A stretch of DNA of 40,042 nt. It comes from Bacilli bacterium (GTDB lineage: Bacteria > Bacillota_I > Bacilli_A > RF39 > UBA660). The notes below the pieces were generated by a model. It made no database searches, was not told where the DNA came from, and saw nothing but the letters and a program-made list of their open reading frames with translations. This document shows, piece after piece, positions 1 through 10,479 of this stretch; within the stretch, counting starts at the first letter, position 1; the number at the start of each line of letters is the position of its first letter. The DNA lies in contig JAVWBB010000003.1 in assembly GCA_036649735.1 (NCBI GenBank), positions 1-40,042 on the forward strand. Reading direction: 5' to 3'. Both the position numbers and the translations under genes were made by a program.

Positions 1-47
1 CCTTGTATCAATAGTATATCAAATTAGAGGTTAAAAAAAAAGAAGAT

Positions 48-1061
48 TTATAAAATCTCTTCTTTCATTAAATATTTAGCCGTTCTGACCATTTGAGCAG
101 AATATCCCATTTCATTATCGTACCAAGCAACAATTTTAACTAATTGTTTATTATTTACTTCTAAAACGCTTGTTGATAAACCATCGACCATGGCCCCACA
201 TTTTGACCCGATTATATCAGATGAGACAATTGGATCCATTGTGAATTTTAATGTTTCATTGGTGTTGTTTTTAAATATATTGTTTATCTCTTCTACCGTC
301 GTATTCTTAGATAGTTCAAGAGTTAAATCAATAACAGAACCAGTTGAAACAGGTACTCTCATGGCTGTCCCATTTAATTTTCCTTTTAAACTAGGAATAA
401 CTAAACCTATTGCCGAAGCGGCTCCCGTTGATGCTGGAATAATATTAGCAGCGGCGGCCCTTCCTCTTCTTGCTTCAATGCCTTTTTTGTGAGCAATGTC
501 AAGAGTGGCTTGGTCATTTGTATATGCATGTACTGTTGTCATATACCCTTTTTCTATACCAATAGAATCATTTATAACTGCAAGTACAGGGGCTAAACAA
601 TTTGTGGTACAACTTGCAGCCGATATAATTTGCTCATCCTTAGTTAAAGTTTTTTCATTAACATTATAAACAATTGTCTTTAAATCACCTTTAGCTGGTG
701 CGGAAATAATAACTTTTTTGGCCCCAGCTATTATATGAGCATAAGCTTTATCATAATCAGTAAAATGTCCACTACACTCAAATACTATATCAACCATTAA
801 TTCTTTCCAAGGTAAAACACTTGGGTCTTTTTCACAAAACACTTTAATTTGTTTACCATTTACAATAATTAAATCATCAACATAGCTTATTTCATCAACT
901 TTATAATTACGATGATTAGTATCATACTTTAATAAATACGCTAACTGCTTAGCATCCGTTAAATCATTAATTGCCACGATTTCAAAATCTTCATTTCCAA
1001 ACATTTCTCTAAATACAAGTCTTCCAATCCTTCCAAATCCATTAATTGCTACTTTTATCAT
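48..1061 (-). CDS. gap: Type I glyceraldehyde-3-phosphate dehydrogenase
   Basis: AINGFGRIGR Rossmann start, catalytic ASCTTNCLAP, WYDNE C-terminal motif. Confidence 0.98.
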   Translation of the reverse strand: MIKVAINGFGRIGRLVFREMFGNEDFEIVAINDLTDAKQLAYLLKYDTNHRNYKVDEISYVDDLIIVNGKQIKVFCEKDPSVLPWKELMVDIVFECSGHFTDYDKAYAHIIAGAKKVIISAPAKGDLKTIVYNVNEKTLTKDEQIISAASCTTNCLAPVLAVINDSIGIEKGYMTTVHAYTNDQATLDIAHKKGIEARRGRAAAANIIPASTGAASAIGLVIPSLKGKLNGTAMRVPVSTGSVIDLTLELSKNTTVEEINNIFKNNTNETLKFTMDPIVSSDIIGSKCGAMVDGLSTSVLEVNNKQLVKIVAWYDNEMGYSAQMVRTAKYLMKEEIL

Positions 1062-1073
1062 TTCTTTTTCTCC

Positions 1074-2135
1074 TTATTTACAACATTTTTCTACTTGTTT
1101 ACTATAATTTTCATCTAAATAACTTATCAATTGCGTATAATTTTTACCTACATCAAATGTTGATTCAAAAGTAGGACCTGATATTTCACTACTATAAAGA
1201 CCAATTTGTTTATCTTTACTAACATTCTTATTTATATTATTAACAATTTTTGCTATATTCCTAACTGCTTCTACTTGATATTCATTCATATTATCTGGCT
1301 GCCAAATAATTAAAAAGCCTAAAGATACTTGTACTAAAACATCAGAACTGTTATAAACCATTGCAGGAATATCCATCTTAGAAGCATCAATATCTGAATT
1401 CATATTTTGAAAAACTACATCAAATTCAAAAGCATGTTGCATTCCTTTTACAGTACTTTCATAAGTTTTTTCTTTTGTTATAACCATCACACCTGCATTT
1501 GTATTATTAACTGGATATTTACTTTTATTATCTACTGTTAATACTTCTGTTAAATCAAAATTACGATATTTATCAAACATTTCTTGTTCTTCTTTAGTTA
1601 ATTGTCCTAGTTTTTCTTTTAAATAATAGTCCAAAATCATCGAAGTTAAAACATGATTGTTTTGCCTTAAGTCATAATTATCAATAGTAAAACCATTCTC
1701 ATTTTGCAAATAATTTTTTAATTTAATAAAATCTTTACTAGAAGATGCTTCTAATTCTTTGAATTTTGTTCTTATATTTATCGCATCTTTTGAGGTAATA
1801 AATTGTGCTACAACACAACTTAATGACCTTCTTTTATCTGCTGTAATATTGCCTTCTTCTGTTTTTCTTATTAATATTCCGTCTCTAATAACAGAAAAAC
1901 CTGCATTAATATATTCTTGATACATTTTATCTACATCAACATTATAATCGTCATTAATAAAAGATAATTGTCTTTCCTCATCGCTGTTTATATTATAATC
2001 AAAATTTAATTTTAAATCATCACTAATTATTTTTAAGCTAGATTCAGTAATAGTTAAATCTAAAACAGTAACTTCTCCTTCTTTAAACAAATAAGTTTTG
2101 CCAATATCATATTTAGTATCTTTAAATTTAAACAT
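1074..2135 (-). CDS. Hypothetical soluble protein, 353 aa
   Basis: Long ORF with RBS AAGGA and its own promoter; no family recognised. Confidence 0.8.
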   Translation of the reverse strand: MFKFKDTKYDIGKTYLFKEGEVTVLDLTITESSLKIISDDLKLNFDYNINSDEERQLSFINDDYNVDVDKMYQEYINAGFSVIRDGILIRKTEEGNITADKRRSLSCVVAQFITSKDAINIRTKFKELEASSSKDFIKLKNYLQNENGFTIDNYDLRQNNHVLTSMILDYYLKEKLGQLTKEEQEMFDKYRNFDLTEVLTVDNKSKYPVNNTNAGVMVITKEKTYESTVKGMQHAFEFDVVFQNMNSDIDASKMDIPAMVYNSSDVLVQVSLGFLIIWQPDNMNEYQVEAVRNIAKIVNNINKNVSKDKQIGLYSSEISGPTFESTFDVGKNYTQLISYLDENYSKQVEKCCK

Positions 2136-2162
2136 ATTAAAATCCTTTCTTACTACGTCTAT

Positions 2163-2191
2163 ATTGTACTATTTTTAACCTACATTATCAA
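2163..2191 (-). promoter_or_regulatory. SigA-like promoter for hypothetical gene and gap
   Basis: TTGATA-17bp-TACAAT on - strand. Confidence 0.55.
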
Positions 2192-2215
2192 TATTTAAGT
2201 AATATTATGTAAAGT

Positions 2216-2246
2216 AAAAAATAGATACTCTAAAATATCTATTTTT
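2216..2246 (-). terminator. Probable intrinsic terminator after tam41
   Basis: AAAAATAGATA / TATCTATTTTT inverted repeat overlapping the stop; AT-rich stem. Confidence 0.5.
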
Positions 2247-3129
2247 GATAAATTCTCTTTTTAACTTTTTGAATAACATATTTAGCCGAATCAGCAGTGC
2301 CTATTGTTCTTAAACCTTTATATGTTTGAATAATACTATCTGTAAAGTTTTTCTTTATAAATTTATTATCAATTTCTTTATTGGATACTTCAAAGAAATT
2401 ATCTAAATCAAAATATTCTAATAATGATAAAAATAAATTATGACGATTAATATTTATTGTTTCATCTTCATTAAGAGTATATAATTCATCATCTGTATAC
2501 ATTAATTTAAATTCATTAAAACATCCTTGAACTGTATTTTTAACTTTATGTGGATTTTCAACAAACAACATACGAGTATCACCCATAAAAGATAATTCAC
2601 ATATTTCTTCAAATAATTCAGTTATCGTATGTTCTTTGCTTTTTTCTTTATATAGTTTCCATAAAACAATAATTAAAGCCTTTTTTCTATTTTTAGCAAT
2701 TCGGTTATCAAAGTTTAAATTAGATTTAATAAAGTTAATAGGTTTTTGAAATCTACCAGCTATAAAATATGATTCCCAATATTCTAATTCACGAATAAAA
2801 CTTTTATTAGAAATTACGCCTATTTTAAATGTATGATTAGCATCTATTAAAAATGGCAAATAAGTTATTTCTGAACCTAAATCATTTTCTTTTTTTTCAT
2901 AATTACTTAAATATTTAGCTGCACTCCTTTTATAATCTTGAGGGTTCATTTGCATATTTTGTTGATGCCACTTTTTCATATCCTCTACAACTAAGATTAT
3001 ATCTATTTGTGTATCTTGATTTAATTTCTTATTTATTTGGGTAAAAACACCGGAACCATATCCATAAGCTCCCAATACTTCAGGTCTATGTTTTAAAAAG
3101 TCTATAATTATATTTTTAATATCATCCAT
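2239..3129 (-). CDS. tam41: Tam41/Mmp37-family phosphatidate cytidylyltransferase (CDP-DAG synthase)
   Basis: Ordered Tam41 motifs: GYGSGVFxQ, DIILVV, WHxxNxxxNPxDY, KIGVIS, WxxxxIAGRFQKP, LSFMGDTRM, ENPHKVKN. Confidence 0.92.
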   Translation of the reverse strand: MDDIKNIIIDFLKHRPEVLGAYGYGSGVFTQINKKLNQDTQIDIILVVEDMKKWHQQNMQMNPQDYKRSAAKYLSNYEKKENDLGSEITYLPFLIDANHTFKIGVISNKSFIRELEYWESYFIAGRFQKPINFIKSNLNFDNRIAKNRKKALIIVLWKLYKEKSKEHTITELFEEICELSFMGDTRMLFVENPHKVKNTVQGCFNEFKLMYTDDELYTLNEDETININRHNLFLSLLEYFDLDNFFEVSNKEIDNKFIKKNFTDSIIQTYKGLRTIGTADSAKYVIQKVKKRIYQK

Positions 3130-3153
3130 GCTACTTCACTCCTTTTAGGAAAT

Positions 3154-3181
3154 AGTATAGCATTTAATTTGTTATTGTCAA
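3154..3181 (-). promoter_or_regulatory. SigA promoter of tam41
   Basis: TTGACA-16bp-TATACT with extended -10 TG (TGcTATACT). Confidence 0.65.
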
Positions 3182-3186
3182 TATTT

Positions 3187-5616
3187 TTAAATATCTGTTC
3201 GACTAAGTATTGCGGCTGGTGTTTTCCTTAAAGTTGTAAAGACTGGAAGGAGCCCAACAATTATATTAAATCCATATATAATTATTAAAGCAACTATTAT
3301 TACAAAAGGGTTAATTAAATATTGATCTTTAAACATTGATATACTACTAGCCTTACTTAATGCATATAACATAAGAACAAATCCACTCATACTACCCATT
3401 GTAGTAATAGAAATAATTTCTCCTAAAAACATCTTATAAATATCACCTTTTTTAACGCCAATCGCGCGTAATGTTCCTACTTCTTTAATACGTGATAAAA
3501 ATGATGCTCTAATCATTAAAAATATTTCAATTAAAGAAATAATCATAATAATACTAGCAAATATAATACTAGATATAATCTTCTCTTTTACTGAACTGAT
3601 GTATTCACTTCTACTTCTTTCATAACTTTCATAAATATTTAATTTTTTTTCATTAAAATACGAAAGTGTTTTATCCTTATCTTTAGGATATATGACAAAA
3701 TTAGTATTATTACTAATTACACTATATTTAATTGTATTACTGTTTACAATCATATTATCCATATTATATTTATTATCATAGTAACCAACTACTTTTAATT
3801 TTATACCATTTATTTTATAATCTATTTCTTTATTTAAAGGCATTGCTTCTTTATTACTAATATTAACTATAACTTCATAATCATTGCTAGGAATTCTTCC
3901 TTCTTTTAAAGTTATTTTATCTTTTAATAAATTATAATTAATAATATTATTTTGCCCCTCGGAAGCAGGATATTTATTTGAATCATTTTTTTCAATACTA
4001 TTAGCAATTATATCAATAAACATTGTTTCATCAACATAAATAGAAGGGCTTTTTAAATCAACTATTCCAACAATCGTAAAATTATTCATATTATCAATTG
4101 TAATAGTTTTACCAATTAATTCTTTAGCATCCCTTACCCCAACTTGTTTAGCTATATTAGATTTAAACATATTATTTATAGTAAATAAATCTACGACAAC
4201 ATCATTAGCTAAACTAGGCATCTTTCCATATATTATATCATTTTTATTCAACATTTTAGTACTTGCTAAAGAACCCTTTAAATTATCCATTGCATTAGCA
4301 GTTTGATAATAATAATTATATCTAAGTTTAAAATTAACTATTGAATTACTTGGTAAAATATAATTAACACTATCTAACTTTTCATATTCTAAATAATTAT
4401 TAATACTTTTATTTCTAACTATTAAATTTAAATAATTTTTATTAACTGTTACAAACTTACTATCTTTTATATTAGTAATACCCATTATATTACTTACTGA
4501 ATATAAGATAAACATTGCTGAAACAAAGAACCCTCCTAATAAAATCTTCTTTAAGAAAGGATAATTAAATACTTTTTTAAATCCATTTATAATTAAAGTA
4601 ACAGGATTAAAAATTGATTTATATTTAAGTTTAAAATTATTATTTATTATTTCATTAAATTTAAATTGATATTTACTTGTTTCATCTTTATTAATCTTTT
4701 TATAATGTTCATCAACTATCTCTATATTTGAATTATCATCAATTACTTCGACTTTTTCTATCTCATTATTTTCTATGTAAATATTTCCGTTTTTTACGAC
4801 TAATAAAATATTTAGTGGTTCTTTTTCATCACTATAATAATTAATATTTAAATTATCTTTTTTTATTTCCTGATGATTTTTCATATCTTTTAAATATATT
4901 TTATTGTCAATTCGATAATCTAATTCTAAAGCATGGTCATTTTCTTTATCGCTAACTATTTTACCATCAGCTAATTCTATAATTCTTGAAGAGTAAAAAT
5001 TAGCTAAATCTTTTTCATGAGTTACTAAAATAACTAGTTTATCTTTAGAAATGGCTTTGATAATATTCATTATTTCTAAAGTATTTTTACTATCTAAGTT
5101 TCCTGTTGGTTCATCAGCAATAATTATATTAGGGTTTTTGACTATGGCTCTAGCAATCCCCACTCTTTGTCTTTCACCACCTGAAAGCATTGAAGTAAAA
5201 CGATTTCTATAACGATATAATCCTAAAACCTCTAATACATAGTTAACGCGTTTAGTTATTTCTGCTTTATCTTTAATACCTATCATTTTTAAAACTAAAG
5301 CAATATTTTCAAAAACACTTAAACTATCAATTAAATTATAATCTTGAAAAATATAACCTATATTTAGATTTCTAATTTCATCTATTTTAGCTGTTGAAAA
5401 TCTAGTTAATTTTTGATTGTTAACATAAATTTCTCCACTATTTACTTTATCTAATCCACCAATAGCATTTAACAAAGTAGTCTTTCCTGAACCAGAGGGA
5501 CCAAGTAAAGATACTAAACCTGTTTTAGGAAGAGTTAAATTTGTATCATTAATAACATGAATTTGATTTTTCTTATGTTTGTTAAAATACTTATTAACAT
5601 TAATTAATTTTATCAT
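3187..5616 (-). CDS. MacB/FtsX-type ABC transporter, fused ATPase and permease
   Basis: GPSGSGKT, LSGGERQR, ADEPTGNLD; one TM, large extracellular domain, C-terminal FtsX motif RIKEVGTLRAIG. Confidence 0.92.
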   Translation of the reverse strand: MIKLINVNKYFNKHKKNQIHVINDTNLTLPKTGLVSLLGPSGSGKTTLLNAIGGLDKVNSGEIYVNNQKLTRFSTAKIDEIRNLNIGYIFQDYNLIDSLSVFENIALVLKMIGIKDKAEITKRVNYVLEVLGLYRYRNRFTSMLSGGERQRVGIARAIVKNPNIIIADEPTGNLDSKNTLEIMNIIKAISKDKLVILVTHEKDLANFYSSRIIELADGKIVSDKENDHALELDYRIDNKIYLKDMKNHQEIKKDNLNINYYSDEKEPLNILLVVKNGNIYIENNEIEKVEVIDDNSNIEIVDEHYKKINKDETSKYQFKFNEIINNNFKLKYKSIFNPVTLIINGFKKVFNYPFLKKILLGGFFVSAMFILYSVSNIMGITNIKDSKFVTVNKNYLNLIVRNKSINNYLEYEKLDSVNYILPSNSIVNFKLRYNYYYQTANAMDNLKGSLASTKMLNKNDIIYGKMPSLANDVVVDLFTINNMFKSNIAKQVGVRDAKELIGKTITIDNMNNFTIVGIVDLKSPSIYVDETMFIDIIANSIEKNDSNKYPASEGQNNIINYNLLKDKITLKEGRIPSNDYEVIVNISNKEAMPLNKEIDYKINGIKLKVVGYYDNKYNMDNMIVNSNTIKYSVISNNTNFVIYPKDKDKTLSYFNEKKLNIYESYERSRSEYISSVKEKIISSIIFASIIMIISLIEIFLMIRASFLSRIKEVGTLRAIGVKKGDIYKMFLGEIISITTMGSMSGFVLMLYALSKASSISMFKDQYLINPFVIIVALIIIYGFNIIVGLLPVFTTLRKTPAAILSRTDI

Positions 5617-5617
5617 T

Positions 5618-7831
5618 TTATACTTCCTCTCTAAATGTATTCATGGCACTTTGTTTAAATAATCCTTTAGCAAATCTTATCGCTAGTAAATATGAAGTTA
5701 ACGCTAAAATAATATATAATATTATATAATCACTAAATTTCAAATATGTAAGCATTTCATAAATACCTTTACTGCCAATAATTCCATTTAATATTAAACC
5801 AATAACTATAAGTACGAATAAATATGATAAAGTAGCAATCGTAAATAATTCTATTTCTAACAATCTTTTAGATACTTTTTTAGATGCTCCTAAAATTCTA
5901 ATTGTTGAAAAATAAATATTTCGCGATTTAAGAATAATTTTAATTATAAAATATGAAATCATAAACATACTGACTACTAATATTCCAATTAAAATTACTT
6001 GTATAACGACAAACATTGCTGTTAATTCTTCCATAGGATTATGAAGAGCATCAATTAAATATAGTGAATCTAATTTTAATTTATTTAATTCTTTAACTGT
6101 CTCTTTAGCTATTTTAGCATCTTTTACAAAAACACTACTTTGATAATTTTCTTTATTATATAAACTTCTATAATCATCTTCATTAATAAAGAAAATACCA
6201 TTATATTGTTCATAGTCTGTTAATCCTGTTATACTTTTAAAATTATTTTTATTATAAATATTATTGATTGTCAAATTTAATTTATCACTAAAATATAAAT
6301 TACTGATATTAATATCTAATTTATTATTTTTGCAATTCATATTAGGACATAAATAATTTAAATCCTCAGGTATATATACATTTCCTTTAGTAACATTTGG
6401 ACTTATAATAATATTATATAAATTATTATTATTTTCATTTTTTAAAACTTTATTATTTAAAGTGGATTCTAAGTTGCTATATATTTTATTTGAGGAATAG
6501 CGAATATCATTCATCACTTTATTACTAGCAAATATTTTACTATGATAATCTTCAGTATAAGAAATTCCGACTATCTTTATTTTATAACTTAATACTTTCC
6601 CGCCTATATTACCATTTTCTACTTCTGTTTCTCTATTTAAAATAGAATCATATTCATTTTTAAACATATAATCATTTTTATAAGCTGTAACAATAACTTC
6701 ATTATCTGCTTTAGGCATTACTCCTTTGTCAACTTTTCCGGTAAAAGTTTTTAAGTTATTAGCGTATGCCCCAATAAAATATTCGCCAATATTAATTGAT
6801 AATTGGGTATCTAATGAAGCATCATTTTCGGTTATATAGTTAACATTTGATAATTTTTCAATCTTTTCATAGTCCAATTTAGTAAATGGGGTCTTATCTA
6901 ATTTTTTAATAACAATACGTTCTGGTACAACATTATTAAAGTATTGATTCCATCCCCCTAAAGAATTATTATAATCTTGTTCTTTAAAAGAGGCATATTC
7001 ACTAATTACTCCAATACTTAAAAATAAATAAACTATCATTAAAAGTAAAAATTTAGGAATAACATTAAAAGTATTTCTAACACCTAAGCGTAATTGATTA
7101 AGAAAAGATATTTGTTTAAAATTATTAATTTTAGGTGCAGTTACTTTTGAATAATCCTTTAATTTTTTATCTTCTAAAATATTCCCATCGTGCATTTTTA
7201 TTTTCCTTGTTGCATATTCTTCTATTTGTTCATAATTATGTGTAACTATTATAACTAATTTATCTTTAGCTACTTCACTTAATAATTTTAAAACACTAGT
7301 GGCAGCCTTACTATCTAAATTTCCAGTTGGTTCATCAGCTAAAATAATTGGCGTATCCTTGGCTAAGGCCCTAGCAATTGCGACTCTTTGTTTTTGCCCA
7401 CCAGAAAGTTTTGATACTTTCGTTTTCTTATATTTAATAAGCCCAACTTCTTTAATAATATTAATTATTTTTTCTTGTATATCGCGTTTATTCTCGCCGT
7501 TTAGTAAAAGAACAAGTTCAATATTTTGATATACCGTATAACTATTAACTAGATTAAAGGCTTGAAAAATATTCCCAATATATTTTTTACGATAATCTTC
7601 TAAATCTTTTTCATTATAATGACTAGTTTCCTCGCCATTTATATACATTTCCCCTTCTTCATAAGAATCAAGCCCTGCTAAAACATTTAGTAAAGTTGAC
7701 TTCCCACTTCCCGATTCTCCGGTAATTGCTACAAATTCGCCTAATTCAAACTCTAAATTAATTTTAGAAAATCCACTGGCAATTACACCTTTATTATAAT
7801 AAAACTTTGATACATTTTTTAATTTTAACAT
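5618..7831 (-). CDS. MacB/FtsX-type ABC transporter, fused ATPase and permease
   Basis: GESGSGKS, LSGGQKQR, ADEPTGNLD; 1+3 TM topology with RILGA motif. Confidence 0.92.
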   Translation of the reverse strand: MLKLKNVSKFYYNKGVIASGFSKINLEFELGEFVAITGESGSGKSTLLNVLAGLDSYEEGEMYINGEETSHYNEKDLEDYRKKYIGNIFQAFNLVNSYTVYQNIELVLLLNGENKRDIQEKIINIIKEVGLIKYKKTKVSKLSGGQKQRVAIARALAKDTPIILADEPTGNLDSKAATSVLKLLSEVAKDKLVIIVTHNYEQIEEYATRKIKMHDGNILEDKKLKDYSKVTAPKINNFKQISFLNQLRLGVRNTFNVIPKFLLLMIVYLFLSIGVISEYASFKEQDYNNSLGGWNQYFNNVVPERIVIKKLDKTPFTKLDYEKIEKLSNVNYITENDASLDTQLSINIGEYFIGAYANNLKTFTGKVDKGVMPKADNEVIVTAYKNDYMFKNEYDSILNRETEVENGNIGGKVLSYKIKIVGISYTEDYHSKIFASNKVMNDIRYSSNKIYSNLESTLNNKVLKNENNNNLYNIIISPNVTKGNVYIPEDLNYLCPNMNCKNNKLDINISNLYFSDKLNLTINNIYNKNNFKSITGLTDYEQYNGIFFINEDDYRSLYNKENYQSSVFVKDAKIAKETVKELNKLKLDSLYLIDALHNPMEELTAMFVVIQVILIGILVVSMFMISYFIIKIILKSRNIYFSTIRILGASKKVSKRLLEIELFTIATLSYLFVLIVIGLILNGIIGSKGIYEMLTYLKFSDYIILYIILALTSYLLAIRFAKGLFKQSAMNTFREEV

Positions 7832-7873
7832 ATTATTTTCCTTTCACACAGTATATATATTATACACCATCTA

Positions 7874-10477
7874 TTAAATATTTTCCTCTCTTATTACATC
7901 TAAAATATTTTCATGCTTTTGTTTTTTAACTGCATACATCATTGTTGTAAGTGTAAGAACAAAAACACCAATAACACTAATTACTATAGCTGTATAAGGC
8001 ACTATTAAATCATATGATGCAATACTATTAAAGATATAATTAAATAAAACAATAAAACCAAATGAGACAGGAAGAGCATAAAATAAAGCTTTAATTCCAT
8101 AAAAGAAACTTTCAAAAAGAATCATTTTATTAAATTGAAGGGGTGAAAGGCCAATACTTCTTAACACAGCAAATTCTTTTCTTCTTAATGCCATACTTGT
8201 ATTTATAGTATTAAAAACACTCGTAACTCCTATTAATGTAACTAAAGTAATAAATCCATAAAGTAATATTGATATAACTAAAACAAAATTATTTTGAAAC
8301 TTTTTCATTTTAGCAACATTATTAATAGACATTTTATTATTTGCATTTTCTTTATAATCAATGGCTTTTTTAATATCTTTTTCACACTTATTAAAATCTT
8401 TAGCTTGAATACCAAAACCAGTATATACATTAATATTAGCCTTTTTAATAATATCCTTTATCATCGTATTAGAAACAATCGCACTAGGAAAACGCCTAGA
8501 TATATCTAAATCTTTTAAATATTTTGGTTCCTCATTAGCTAAATATAATTCATAGTCTAAATTTATTCCATCATTAGGGTACTTATTTGTATCATCACTT
8601 TTACGAGGATTTTCTTCGTAAGCATATAATTTATTATTATCCATATTCTTTAATGGCTTAACAACAAAAGTTTTATGGTTTTCATTTTGATATTTAAAAG
8701 AATTAAAAATAATTATTTTATCTTCTTTTACATGAATCTTATTTAAATATTCTTGATATAATTTATCGTCAATTGCATATATAAGAATAGGAATTTTATT
8801 GTTATTTGATGATATTACTTCAGGATAGAAGTTAATAAATTTATAATAATCAATCCCTTCTTTAGTTAAATTGTTTTTATTAATATCAGCAAATATCGTT
8901 GTATATTGGATAATTATTAATTTATCTATTGATGATACTTTACTTATCTTTTTCGTGTATTCATCTATTTTACTATCTTCTTCTAATTTAGATTCCCATA
9001 AATCAACATAAATATCCATATTATCATACATAAATATATCCTTTGTAGCTTTATTCCCAATTGTTAAAAAAGTAGAGAAGGAAATAAATAAAACGATACT
9101 TACAAATAAACTAATGATAGTAATACGATATTTTTTCTTATTTCTTTTAATGTTTTTATAGGCAATTGAACCTTCAATACCAAATAATTTATTAATTAAT
9201 TTATTACTTTTTACAGATTTCTTATTTAATTTAATATCATCATTTAATCTAATCGCATCAATAGGATTTATTTTAGCTGCTCTTTTAGCAGGCAAATAAG
9301 CTGATATTATAATTGTAATTATCATATAAACAATAGGTAAGATAATAAATAATGGATAAAGAGTAATAACAAAACTTATTTCTAACATTTCAGAAAGTAA
9401 ACTATTGATAACTAAAATAGTAATTGCAACTCCTCCAATACCAGATATAATTCCTAAAGGAATACCAATTGCAGATACGATTAAGGCTTCAAAGAAAACA
9501 GTCTTTTTTAATTGTTTAGAAGTAGCTCCGATACTAGAAAATAAACCAAATTGTTTTTTTCTTTCCATTACAGATATAGCAAAAGAATTATATATTACAC
9601 TAGCACAGGCAATAGTTAATAATAATAAAACTACGGCTATAATTTCAGCTATAAAAGCATTAAAATTGTCATAACTAGATTGACCATAAAACGCTAATAA
9701 AGTATCATTATATGAAACTTTATCATCGCTAATTTTTAAGTTTTTTAATATTTTATCCGTTTTTTCTGTAATATTTTTAATGTTTTTATATTCTATAAAC
9801 ACATCAAGTTTAGAATCACTAGTTAACTGCTTGTTAACTGTAATTGCCGTATACCCTGGTGATGAATAATTTTCATCATTTAATCTTTTAATAATTCCTA
9901 CGACTTTATATTCGCATTTATCAATAAGTTTTAATGTTTCGCCTTCTATAAAAGGATTATTTTGTGTTAAAACTTCTTCTTGATTATTATTAATAATTAT
10001 ACGATTAGAAATATCTAAATTTATGACATCCCCAACTTTAATAGATGACATCCCATTTGTATTAGTGTGTTCTGATATTAATAATTCGTAATTGTTTTTA
10101 GGTAATGTCCCGTCTACTAGTTCAACATCTTTTAAGTATTTTTGGTTAACATTTATAACATATAAATATGGTTTATACTCATTAGAACTGTCTATTTTTG
10201 CATATCCTAAAGCATTAGTCCATTTCAGCTTACTTTTATCAACGTTAATATTATCTTTAATATATTTATAATCATTATATTTAACATCGCCAATAATAAC
10301 ATGTTGTGAACCAGAATGATTAATAGTATCCTCAATTAAAAATTCTCTAAAAGAAGAAGCAAAAGTTCCTATTCCTACCATCAATGCAGTTGATAATATT
10401 ATGCCAATAATAGTTACAATCGTTCTTTTTTTATTCATCTTTAAATGCTTAATAGTTAATTTATTTAATATATTCAT
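7874..10477 (-). CDS. FtsX-like ABC permease with duplicated architecture
   Basis: Two FtsX repeats (ERKKQFGLFSSIGA, RRKEFAVLRSIG), about 8 TM segments, two extracellular domains. Confidence 0.92.
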   Translation of the reverse strand: MNILNKLTIKHLKMNKKRTIVTIIGIILSTALMVGIGTFASSFREFLIEDTINHSGSQHVIIGDVKYNDYKYIKDNINVDKSKLKWTNALGYAKIDSSNEYKPYLYVINVNQKYLKDVELVDGTLPKNNYELLISEHTNTNGMSSIKVGDVINLDISNRIIINNNQEEVLTQNNPFIEGETLKLIDKCEYKVVGIIKRLNDENYSSPGYTAITVNKQLTSDSKLDVFIEYKNIKNITEKTDKILKNLKISDDKVSYNDTLLAFYGQSSYDNFNAFIAEIIAVVLLLLTIACASVIYNSFAISVMERKKQFGLFSSIGATSKQLKKTVFFEALIVSAIGIPLGIISGIGGVAITILVINSLLSEMLEISFVITLYPLFIILPIVYMIITIIISAYLPAKRAAKINPIDAIRLNDDIKLNKKSVKSNKLINKLFGIEGSIAYKNIKRNKKKYRITIISLFVSIVLFISFSTFLTIGNKATKDIFMYDNMDIYVDLWESKLEEDSKIDEYTKKISKVSSIDKLIIIQYTTIFADINKNNLTKEGIDYYKFINFYPEVISSNNNKIPILIYAIDDKLYQEYLNKIHVKEDKIIIFNSFKYQNENHKTFVVKPLKNMDNNKLYAYEENPRKSDDTNKYPNDGINLDYELYLANEEPKYLKDLDISRRFPSAIVSNTMIKDIIKKANINVYTGFGIQAKDFNKCEKDIKKAIDYKENANNKMSINNVAKMKKFQNNFVLVISILLYGFITLVTLIGVTSVFNTINTSMALRRKEFAVLRSIGLSPLQFNKMILFESFFYGIKALFYALPVSFGFIVLFNYIFNSIASYDLIVPYTAIVISVIGVFVLTLTTMMYAVKKQKHENILDVIREENI

Positions 10478-10479
10478 AA

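Noticed and set aside
190-492. + strand ORFs antisense to conserved genes (also 7299, 8294, 9405, 12331, 18157, 20719, 21524, 24070, 24077, 28798, 30849, 31796, 32787, 36386, 39452, 39609)
   Set aside because: Shadow ORFs overlapping well-supported - strand genes; no recognisable motifs
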